This document shows positions 14,301-24,435 of a stretch of DNA of 64,000 nt, one piece after another (the first letter of the stretch is position 1; the number at the start of each line of letters is the position of its first letter). The notes below the pieces were generated by a model, which was not told the origin of the DNA, ran no database searches, and was given only the letters and a program-made list of their open reading frames with translations. The position numbers were made by a program, and so were the translations under genes. Source of the DNA: Camelus ferus (taxonomy: Eukaryota); assembly GCF_009834535.1 (NCBI RefSeq), contig NC_045697.1, positions 112,346,001-112,410,000 on the forward strand, written 5' to 3'.

Positions 14301-15896
14301 TTTTCTTATTGACAAACGTTGTAACAGAGATAAAATGAGCTTACTTGACTAATACATCCAGGCAGAAAAAGAGTTGTATGTCTGCATTATATTCAATGTT
14401 GATAACTGTAAAGCTATGTGCATTTTATTTAAACCAACAAACTTAAATTAGGTGTAATGCCAAATAATTTCCCAGATCATGTTAACTTGGAAAGCATTTA
14501 GGTTAGTTTCTATTTATATTTCTGATAATTTTACAATACCCAGTTCTTACAAGTACTTGCCTTCAACCCAACTAAATAGAGTTCATTATAAGTCAATTTT
14601 GACAAATCCATCTGAAGTTAGAAAAATATCACACATCACATATATGAGAGAGAAAAAGAAACATACAGATAGATGCAAATAGAGATGTTACCGCTTCTGT
14701 GGCTAAAGCTTTTTATCACTAACATTTATGAAGAATATTACTAAGATTTTCGTTTGGCTAGTTTCCAGTCCACTTCTACTCACCTTTTTTTTTTTTTATT
14801 TCTCCTAAAGTGGGTAATTTTTCTAAAGTTAGCATTTCAAAGAATGGCTTTTAGGTCCTAGAGCAGATAGGCATAGACGATCTACACTACAAAGGCACTG
14901 AGAAATTTTCTTAGAGATGGAGTTTGGGGGCATATTTGACTATTATCAGAGATCCAGGCTAATTACTATTTAAATTTTTTCTTAAGTGCAGGACAATCCT
15001 CGTTTTAATGTCTCAGTATCTTCAAGCATTTTTAGGTGAATAGAGGAGGTTTGGAGCTTCGTAAAACTTTATTTCTGGAAGCACACCTCTGGTTCTGTAG
15101 AGACTGGATTTGTAGAACAAGGACAGCTGTTTTTAATTCCTCAAAGAACTGGATTGCTGCCTAAATGGTATCAAGGCTCTGATCTGCCCATCTCACTACA
15201 TTAGATCTCCAGTTTGCTTCTTTTCCTTTCAGTACAGAATTTCTTGAAGATCTGCTCCTGTCCTGGGGATATGAATTCTTTGTGGGGGGAGGGACAATAC
15301 ATCCACAAAGGACATTGTATAGGAAGACCTGAAGCTGGGAGAGCCTGATTTCAGAGCCCTGAGAAATAGGAGGAATTGTAAAGGACAGCAGAGCAAGCCC
15401 TACTGTCTCTCTTGGCTGCTTCTGCTAAGTTTATTTCCTGAATTTTACTGTTAACACGAGTAGCCTGTATATTCCAGACCTGGAAGTCAGGCTGTACTGT
15501 TCTCTGTAAATCTTGTAAAGAGAGGGAAATCAAAACAGGCATCTGAGCCTTTAAGGAGTTCCTGGGGGAAGTGGGAGTTATTTAGCAATCTAGGGGAATT
15601 TGCTAAGGCAGCGGGGCTGGATTTTGAGAGATCTTTAGACAAGGGGCCAGAGATCCAAAAGATCTTCTGAAGGGTTGAGTAGGGAGTTGTGGATAAATGC
15701 GCATAGAAGAGGGTGTGATTTACATTTATATTTAGATTTGGATTTTAATTTTCATTGTAAGTTGAGTTTTTGTTCTTTCATCTTGGTAAGGGAGTCTTTA
15801 AGGCTAGCCATTATGCTGCTTTGTAGCCACTTCTTAATTTGGTTTTCCCATAGGTATCAATGAGACAGTTTTTAGGATGAGAGTTTTCTACATAAA

Positions 15897-15910
15897 AATA
15901 TATATATATG

Positions 15911-15942
<32 letters not shown>
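15897..15942. repeat. (TA)n microsatellite
   Basis: Visible TA run with a few G substitutions. Confidence 0.9.
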
Positions 15943-16848
15943 GCCATTTAAATTATCCATTGTCTGACCATTGATGAGTAGGATCAATTAATCTCAATAG
16001 CGGCTCAAGCCAATCAGGCTTTTGGTGGCTTAACCAAGGTTGCAAGAGGTGTCCTACAAGAGAGTGCAAGAATACAGCCCTCACAAGATCCAGAAGTTCA
16101 CTCCCAGAGGCAGCCTGAGAAGGTAAAGACTTCGTTGTCACAGGTGGTAAAAACGGGGCAGTGCAAATAGTGTCTTCTGTTTCCCATGAGAATATGAGGA
16201 ACCTCTGGTCACAGACCCACTAACCTGTGACCCCAGGCAGGTACTACTGGCATGGACTTTTCCAGCACTAATAAGACAATGAAGGGTGAGATGACAAAGG
16301 CCTCTGATAGACCTGGACCTTTATGACAAGCTCCCTTGAGAGCTGGCATGACCAGACGGAGATGCCAGGCACAAGTCCAGGTTGTCACCTGTGTTTCTGA
16401 CCAATGGCTTATTGGATCCACAGCTGTTCAGCTGCCTGCCAGATACACACCAGTGCGTACATCCTGCGGTTGATGGAGACCCAAAAGAATATTCTCATTG
16501 GTCATAAAGCCAAGTTCTTAAGACAAAGAGCCACATGAGAGAAACAAAAGAAAACAATGATTATCTCTTGGGGGGGGGGGTAAGGGATTAATAAAAAGCA
16601 GGAACACTCCTAACCAGTCTTTACTGAAGTCATGATATCCAAGGAACCAGCTTCCACAAATATTTTCTCCTGTTAATCCAAAGTTAGAAAGTGAAGAGGA
16701 TTCTCACCACTTTTGCTTCCATTGGGCCCTGCAGGCAGAGATGTGGGAGACTGATGTGGTAAGAATCCTTATCTTTTGCCTGCTTTTTGCCAGAGGTCCC
16801 AGGGCCTCTCAAAGAGCCCCAGAGCAAACAGTGTCCAGCCAGTGAAGT

Positions 16849-16866
16849 ATCCTGCCCACTGTGACA
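16849..16866 (-). other. Degenerate retroviral primer-binding site (tRNA-Ser-like; tRNA-Leu not excluded)
   Basis: Minus strand tgtcacagtgggcaggat lies just after the LTR end (ccccagca) and resembles tggcgtagtcggcaggat, the complement of the tRNA-Ser 3' end. Confidence 0.55.
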
Positions 16867-16868
16867 AC

Positions 16869-17133
16869 TGCTGGGGAGGAACAGCCTTCCCTTTTTCCCT
16901 TCTAGAGTCTTTGGCTGGTTTAATAATTAAATTGATAGAAGGCAGGTTAACAGGAGAAAAACAAGCAAATGTTTAATAACAGGTATGCCCCCTGTATATA
17001 AATGGAGAGACCCAGGAAAACTGAGTAACTCCCTAAATGGTGGAAGCCCTGACCTGAAGTACCATCTCCAGCTCAAGCAAAAGAAGATGTTGATGGTGGG
17101 AAGTCAGTTATGAGAAGTTCTCAGGAAAACCCC
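16869..17133 (-). mobile_element. 5' LTR of the ERV1 element, 5'-truncated (MER34/MER39-like)
   Basis: Homologous to the 3' half of the full LTRs at 22166-22687 and 38538-39060. Confidence 0.8.
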
Positions 17134-17389
17134 ATTTGAATTAATTGTTCTTTTTTTAAAATACTTTTTAGCATTAAAAATATGTATAGTAGGTTTGTAA
17201 GTTAATCTTTGCAGAAATACATACATATTCTTGAATCATTTCTCCTTTTTAATGTTCATAAAAAAACCCATATCTGAAAAATTTTTCATTGTGTAGCTTG
17301 GCAACCTTTAGGCCTATCTCTAGGGTAAGCACAGAGCACTAAATTGCATTTTAGAGGGAAGGTTTAGGGCCAAAAGAAGCACTTTCTGA

Positions 17390-17605
17390 GAGGCATTACT
17401 TTTTAAAAAAAAACAGAAAAAAGGAAATAATGGAATAGAAAAGCAGTATCAGAGTGTTCTGCAGTTAGTAAGGGGAAGGATTATTCTGCAACCCTTTATT
17501 TGAGGTGTTTTTGTGTTTCTGTGTGCATGTCTCTGTGTGTGGGGGTGTGCATGTACTAAATCATGGTATAAAAGGTATTGGTTATTGTGGGTTGTAGTCA
17601 AAAGG
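17390..17605 (+). mobile_element. hAT-Charlie DNA transposon fragment (Charlie4-like)
   Basis: tactaaatcatggtataaaaggtattggttattgtgggttgtagtcaaaa, with the terminus gtttgaa resuming at ~18363 after an insert. Confidence 0.45.
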
Positions 17606-18349
17606 TGAAACTAAAACAATTTAGTTAGCACCTTAATGTTTTTATTCAGGAGGAAACAACCACCCTTAGCAGTGGGTTGCTCTTTCTGACGGGTTTTGGG
17701 CAAGAGTGAGGTTTATACAGCATTCAATGTGGCAACGCAGAAATAGGGCATGATTGGCTGGGGTTGCATACCTGGTCTCACATAGAAGGATCAAGGAACA
17801 AGGAAGTAAGTATAGAGCCCAGAGTTGATGGCATCTGGGGGGACATTAAGTCTCATAACTGATTCCCCACCCTGAGCATCTTCTTTTGTCTTTAGCTGAA
17901 GATGGTACTTCAGGTGATGGCTTCCACCATTTCATGGAGTTTCCCTGTTCCTGGGTCTCTCCATGTATACAAAGAGTATACCTGTTATTGCATGTTTGCT
18001 TGTTTTGCTCCCGTTAACCCATCTTATATCAATTTAATTATTAAACCAGCCAAAGAACCTAGGAGGGAAGAAGAGAAAATGGTCCCTCCCCAGTTGTTGT
18101 CAGAGTGGGCAGGATACTTCACTGACTGGACACGGTTTCCTCTGGGGCTCTTGAAGCTGAGAGACCCTGGGACCTCTGGCAAAATGCAGGCAGAAGAATT
18201 CCTTGGTGGCATGTGGGGATTGGCTGACTAGATATACTACATTTCTGGTCATTTAAAGGAAAAACAAAGCAAAACGAAACAAAACAAAACACATTGACAT
18301 GGTTCCTTGGGCACGAGTGTTTCCATCTCGGGTCTAGAAATTTATCTCA
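17606..18349 (-). mobile_element. LTR-like element (tg...ca ends) interrupted by an opposite-strand LTR/PBS fragment
   Basis: Minus-strand aataaa (~17642), tataaa (~17713) and ccaat (~17753, ~18219) are in LTR order. Ends tgaaac / atctca. Confidence 0.5.
17851..18205 (+). mobile_element. MER34-like LTR 3' half + PBS + ~90 bp leader; inverted homologue of ~16770-17115
   Basis: Collinear with the reverse complement of ~16770-17115. ORFs 16776..16976(+) and 18024..18212(-) share VKYPAH..WGG..LAGLIIKLI. Confidence 0.85.
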
Positions 18350-19209
18350 GTGTAGTCAAGATGTTTGAATGTCTTTTGTCTTAGAAAAGCCTACAGATAG
18401 TGGGAAAGAAAACAAAGAGGAGATGTCACAGAGATGAGGAAGCAGCAGCAGGGCAGATCAATGTTGAATAAGCAGGAAAAGCAGGATGCTCGAGGGGCCA
18501 GAGCATCTGAGAGCGGCAGCGGCAAGTGCTCCGTGTTTAAATGGCGGAGCCAAGACCATCAGATTTGGCAGGAAACAGGCTCTTGGTGTCAATGAAGAAT
18601 ATAATTTTAATTGGGTGTTGGATGTAGTGGCCAGATTTTTAAAGAATTACGAGCTATTAAGGAGAAAAGTCATTTATCAGATGCAAATGACTGATTCAAA
18701 GATTTGAATGTAAAACAGAAAGAAAATGAAGAACAGTTAAGGAACAGGGCATTGTTGTTCAAGTGGTAGGAAGTGGAATCTATCTGAAAGCAATGCTTGG
18801 ATTTGGAAATTTGGGGAATTAAATGAGAACAATGACGGTGGAGTAGTTCTGTGATGCTGACAGTCACAGTGCATTTACTGGCATGAAGTTAATGGAGATG
18901 GACCATGGCCAGTGAAGTGCAGGATGGTCAAATAGGAAGATGTCAAGAATATATCAAATTAACCTAGTCTGCAGGAGTCAAAGAATAATTGTGGTCTTGA
19001 AGAAAATTTCATAGCCATTTAGAATGTGTTCTAGTTCATGAATTCTATATTTCTGAATTCATGTATTCACTAAAATGTATTTGTAACCCCAGAAACCATA
19101 CTCCCAGCCCTCTCAGTGTTGCCCACACACAGAGGAGCAAAGAATGTGAGTGCCAGATGCACATGTTCCCAGCTGAGGTCCAACAAGGGGGCATGCTACC
19201 TTCTGGTTT

Positions 19210-19790
19210 TGTTACTGAACTCAGGTTCCACTGCTCACAGATTGAAAGCCTGCCTGTCCTTGGGAGACGAGTGTTGATGGGAAGGAAAAGTTGCTTTATT
19301 GAGGAGGCCAACAACCTGGGGAGATGGCAGACTCGTGTTCAAAACCCAGCTCCAAAGATTCTACTGGATCATGAAAGTTTTTAAAGTGAAAATAGTTTGG
19401 GGAGGGGGTCCGAGTCTTTGTCATCTTCCACTGTGGGCAGGCTTTCTCTTGAGTTGTTGGGGTGAAGTAACAGGGCTGTGCTCCAAGAATCTTGTGCTCA
19501 GCCTGAAGTCACCATCCTCTACCTGGGTGGGGCCTTAGTTCCTGTAGAAGAAATCAAAGGCTTAGTTATGTATATTCCTTGAAGAGGAAACAGGACCTGC
19601 CCCGAGGCTGCACTATTGTTTCTTGACTGCTCCTCCCTTGTCTCTGCATTCCCTCCCCTCCCTTAGTAGCAGCTGTTGGGAGTCTGCCCTTTGGAACTCA
19701 GGGAAGGTCATAGAGGCTGAACGAACAGAAATGGGGGACACAGAGAGGATTTATACCTTGGAGGGCCCCGCAGAGTCCTGCTCTGTTTCA
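19210..19790 (-). mobile_element. Solo ERV1 LTR (tgaaac...gtaaca family)
   Basis: TG...CA termini, perfect 4-bp TSD gttt, homologous to 22881-23451 and 37450-38042. Confidence 0.9.
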
Positions 19791-20058
19791 GTTTTAGTCT
19801 CTTTGTGGACAAGTCTCCCTTTGTAATCTACTTGGTGCCGTGTATATCACATTTGAGTTTTGTTGGTGATTCCACTGTTTAAAATGGCCCTGAGCATAGT
19901 GCTCAAGTGCTGAGTAGGGTTCCCATGGGCAAGAAGGCTGTGATGTGTCTTTTAGGGAAAATAAATGTGTTAGCTAAGCACTGTTCAGGCATGAGTTATA
20001 GTGCTGTTGGCTGTGAATTCATTGTTAATGAAGCAACAATCTATATGAAAGAAGGTGT

Positions 20059-20428
20059 TGTAGGGCAGCACAATTGAGGACTAATCTAGGCTGATTAGTT
20101 TTAAAGAACAGAAGACTCAGGAACTGTCTTTCTGGTTACCTCCCCCTTAGCTGCCTTAAAGGCTTGAAATAAAGGGCCTGTTCTTGGCAAAGAATGATCA
20201 CCAGAGGACATGGCTGGGTGTGGTGGGGGAACAAAGCCTAGACGCCAGAGTCCACTCTGTGTCCCGTTGTCTCTGCCTGGCCCAGCAAACGTTTATTTAC
20301 CAAACATTTACTTTTCCATCTCTATGTGAGTTTCCTCTGAAGTCTCAAACCACTACCTCAACGTCTTTTAATTCTTAGACCAGCCAGAAGAACCTAGAAG
20401 AGTAGAGGAAAAATTCCTCCTCATGACA
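20059..20428 (+). mobile_element. Solo ERV1 LTR (MER34/39-like, short)
   Basis: tgtagg...tgaca termini, perfect TSD gtgt. The end agaacctagaagagtagaggaaaaattcctcc is shared with the other MER34-like LTRs. Confidence 0.85.
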
Positions 20429-20699
20429 GTGTCTTTCAACAGAAGCAGATATAAAACAAAGTTATTTATTGATCAGTGGTGGAAATGTGGCCAGATGCTC
20501 GCAGGGACCTAATCCAGTATCTCCCCTAGAAACAGAGGTTCTGTGTTTGCTAATCTGTGTTCGCAGTGGCTGTTCCAACATAAGTACTGCCAGTGACAAG
20601 AACTGACTGTTCTTTTAAATAGTCCATACTTAACTGGCTTATTAATATGGAATAGTGATAATCCTTTAAAATATTTCTCGGTTCTGTGTTGTCTGCCAT

Positions 20700-20938
20700 T
20701 ATTTATATATATATAATATTTATATATATGTATATATAGTATTTATACATAATATGTATTTATATATAGTATTTATATATAATATAGAAACATATTTATA
20801 TATAAAACATATATGTATATATAGAGAGTATGTATAATATAATGTATATATATAATACATACACACATGCATATATAGTGTGTATATATTATATATAATA
20901 TAATGTATATATAAGAATATAATGTGTATATATATATT
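20700..20938. repeat. Long imperfect (TA)n/(TATG)n low-complexity tract
   Basis: About 240 bp, almost entirely alternating A/T. Confidence 0.9.
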
Positions 20939-21744
20939 GAGTGGGGGACATGGTAATTGATAAAACATTTTTCATAAGTTTCTATATCAAAGCCAAGAAA
21001 ATGTATTTGATTATCTCTTTGCAAAAACCCAAACTGATTATTTGGAAGAAATTTCAGAGTAATTTATTCATTTGTTATCATCTGCTCTTTCAGATAATAA
21101 GCCATTAAAAATGGATTGTGTGCTAAAAGGATTCTTAAACAATGTATTTAAAAATATTTTAAATGGTTTTATCATGTTAATGGACTATTGGTATGTGTGT
21201 TTTCTTCATCGGCTTTTGTGTTTTTAGTGCACATCTATATCTAAAATTCGATCAGTATGAAGAACAATTCCTTAATGTTTTCTCAGCTATCTGTTTCATT
21301 GGTTCAACTATTTTTCCTTTAAGCATTTCTGAGATGATGTTACCATTTGTATCATCAGCTAGGAAACCTGGTAGAGAAGCAAAAAGAAGAAAAATAAATA
21401 CATTACATTAAATTAAATCAGTGGGCTTTACAGCAGTTTTTGAGGGAACTATGGGACAATAAAGTGTCTGAGAATAGCCTTCATATATCTAACTCTGCTG
21501 TGCTCCAAAGAGAAATCACATAACAAGTTAGTGAGTTTTCCCTGCTTGAGTCAAAGGACAGTGCATGACAGCATTCTTAATATTTAATATAGACCCTTTT
21601 GAGAATTTAGCAGACAGGCACAGGATATTTGTCAGTTTAACAAGCATTTAATAAACCAAATGAGGCTAAGTGGATGAAAGCAGGCTTCTGGGATAAAAAG
21701 GTAGAAATGATTAGAAGGAGGAATAATCAGGTGAAGACTGCCAA

Positions 21745-21842
21745 CTCCATAGAGACTCTGAGCCAGACCCAGTCAGCTCAGCACTTCCAAACTCCTGACC
21801 TGCAGAGAGCGTGTGAGATAATAAATACACGGTGTTTTATTT
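21745..21842 (+). mobile_element. MaLR (MLT1) LTR 3' fragment
   Basis: aactcctgacctgcagagagcgtgtgagataataaatacacggtgtttta. Confidence 0.6.
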
Positions 21843-22165
21843 TAGATTTTAGAATTCAAGCAGTGCTGTTTACCCTTGTGTGAAAGGCCAGGACATGAAG
21901 TGGAGGAAGGAGGCCCCCCCAAAAATGCATTTTCTTTATGCCAATATAAAACACTGGCTCTTTTCACTAATAGTTTTCTGTAGCTTTGGTGGAGAAGGAA
22001 GAACTACAGAAATTAAGCTAGAGTTTAGTAAATTACCAAAAAAAAAAAAAAAAATCTTAATCTGAGGAGGTTCTGGATCTCAGCACTTATCATAGGGGAA
22101 AAATACTAGGGAAAAATTTTAGGTTAGAATCAAGAATTTTTCTGGAATATATGTTCTCTTGTAGT

Positions 22166-22687
22166 TGAAGGGAAGCAAAATATACCTCTTTAGCATATTG
22201 ATTATTGTAAGCTGGTTATTTTTTAAGACACAGACACAGGTGAAGCTCAGAAAACTGAGTAGAAGTTACCCTTTTTGTAAGAGACACTTACATTTATACA
22301 GGAAATCTCCATTTGTAGAGTGTGTCCCTCCTGGACCAGGAGGAGGATGACTTAAAAATCTCTAGAAACTTATCAAGGCAGAAGGTAAGGGCTTAAATCT
22401 GCATGAACAACCTTACCTACATTTTTTTGTGCTTTTCCCGGTCACCTTCAGCAACTGGCCTCCCGCCTCCCAACAGCTTTTGTTTTTAGCTGTAGATGAT
22501 ATTTAAGGTGATGGCTAGAGATATTTCAGGAAGTCCCGCAGCTTTCTTGGTCATTTCCCATGTACACAGAAGGAAAACATGTTATTAAACCTCTCTGTTT
22601 TTCTTCTGTTGATCTGTCTTTTTATTGCAGGTGTATTTTAGCCTAGAATCTAGAAAGAAAGAGGCAAAATGATTTTTCTTCCCCATG
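22166..22687 (+). mobile_element. Solo ERV1 LTR (MER34/39-like)
   Basis: Starts tgaagggaagcaaaatat, has an attaaa polyA signal, ends tttttcttccccatg. Near-TSD tagt/taat. Confidence 0.85.
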
Positions 22688-22880
22688 TAATCAATCTAGT
22701 ACATTAAAACTAATATGAAGTAAAGTGCAACATGCTATGGAGTGAGTTGTTGCTTTTGTGTATTTTTGTTCTACAGATTGGGAGTTTGAGACACAGGGAT
22801 ATAGGGACTGTTCCCACAACCCTTGTGTATGGAGCAGACAGGAACTAAGCTGGATATAATCAAGAATATTTTCTTGGAAA

Positions 22881-23451
22881 TGTTACTGAATGCAGGTTTG
22901 TGTGCCTGATGCTCTGTGAGGCCAAACAAACCAAAACATTGGATTTTGGAGCAGAGAAAGGTTCACTGCAGGGCCAAGCAAGGAAAACTGGTGGCTCATT
23001 CTCAAAAAATCCCTGAATTCCTTGATAGTTTTTAGGGAGAAGTTTTTATAGGCAAAATTAGGGGTGAGGGCTGTAGAGTGTGTGACTTTCTCCTGATTGC
23101 TGGTGGTGAGGTCACGGCGGTGCTCCAGGAATCTTGTGCTCAGCCTGAAGCCACCATCCTCCATCTGGGTGGGGGCCTTGGTTCCTGCGGAAGAACTCAA
23201 AGGTATTGTTATGTATGTTCCTTAAAGAGGAACCAGGACCCAGCTTTAATCACTGCACTATTGTTTCTTGACTGTTTCTCCTTTGTTTCCACATCCCCTC
23301 CCTTTCCTGATTGGCAGCTGTTTGAATCTGCCCTTTGGAACTCAGGGAAGGTCAAGGAGGCTGAATGAAGCCTATTTCCTACAAACAGGAAACAGGAGCC
23401 ATGGAAAGGATTTGTACCTGGAAGGGTCCCACAGAGTCCCGCTCAGTTTCA
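22881..23451 (-). mobile_element. Solo ERV1 LTR (tgaaac...gtaaca family)
   Basis: TG...CA termini and perfect TSD gaaa. Confidence 0.9.
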
Positions 23452-24262
23452 GAAATTTACAGTGTACAGATGAGGAGAGAGTGATCTGGCAGAGAGAAAA
23501 GAGAAGTCCAGGGAAAAGTTTTAGGGAAAGTCTATCTGAGACATGACGAGAAAGAGGTGTGAAGAAAGGGAAATTAGAGCTAAACTGTAGCAGCAAAAAC
23601 AGAATAGGGTGTCACAAATGTGTGGCTACCTCAGCTGGATTTAAGATGTAATAAAACTTAATTCTGTATAAAATCACATTTCTGCTTTTCAGCTTGTCCC
23701 AGCAAAGACCATCAGAATCTCTTTGACTCGGTCATATCGCTGGGTAGAAATTTGGGTGCTGAGGTAAATAAGGATCCTGGTAACACTTGTTTCAGTGGAA
23801 ACTGTTACCATTTTATCTGATGCTGAAAATCTTAAAAAAAAAAAAAAATTCCATATCTGTCTTTGATTTTAGATTTTGCAGTGCCTCCAGATCACATTAT
23901 TTTCATTGTATGTTTCTGTGGATTTGAGACAAAGGAGAGTTAGTCTAATAGCAGGCCGTATCTTGAAAAAGCCTGTTCCAAGTCAAACCGCTGTTAAATT
24001 TCATCACCTTTATCTTTGACCATTTCCCTTAGAAGTGTATTAAATTTTTGTATTTTTCAAGGAAAAAAAGATCAAATATACTGAAACTCTGTATTGGTCA
24101 TTTATTATGACTATCCTAGACGAGTCAATAAAGTAATTTCCCTGGCTAATGCCAGGTTCTAACAGTTTTCTTGTTTTTATGATCATCTCTTGTTATTTCA
24201 TTTGAAGTTTCTAGCCAAATATATCATAAAAAAGACACAAAGACATTCTATTATATATATAT

Positions 24263-24435
24263 ATTTTCTTTTTTTAACTGAAGTATAGTCAGTTTACAAT
24301 GTGTCAATTTCTGGTGTACAGCATAATGTTTCAGTCACACATATACATACATGTATTTGTTTTCATATTCTTTTTCATTATGGGTTACTACAAGATATGG
24401 AATATAGTTTCCTGTACTACACAAAAAAACTTACT
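24263..24435 (-). mobile_element. Short young L1 3' end
   Basis: Poly-T followed by gaagtatagtcagtttacaatgtgtcaatttctggtgtacagcat; same family as the copies at 28455 and 62045. Confidence 0.85.

Larger units (their letters stand above)
12300..16868 (-). mobile_element. Decayed non-coding ERV1 internal region (MER4/MER34-group-like, AT-rich), with no 3' LTR found
   Basis: Directly follows an LTR end and PBS on the minus strand. Leader and gag-remnant-like sequence at ~15000-16850, then a long AT-rich tract typical of MER4-group internals. No intact ORF. Left boundary approximate. Confidence 0.7.
19021..20609 (-). mobile_element. MER82-like TcMar-Tigger DNA transposon split by two LTR insertions
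   Basis: Three collinear pieces (~19021-19209, 19791-20058, 20429-20609), including ctgtttaaaatggccc, aagaaggctgtgatgtg and catgagttatagtgctgttggc. Terminal gactg. Confidence 0.8.

Noticed and set aside
20720..21024. Ile/Tyr-rich ORFs (likewise 31685-31993 and 32941-33233)
   Set aside because: They are translations of TA/CA microsatellites.
19210..23451. Two same-orientation homologous LTRs as the ends of one provirus
   Set aside because: Each has its own TSD (gttt vs gaaa), their U5 regions differ, and the interval is not retroviral.
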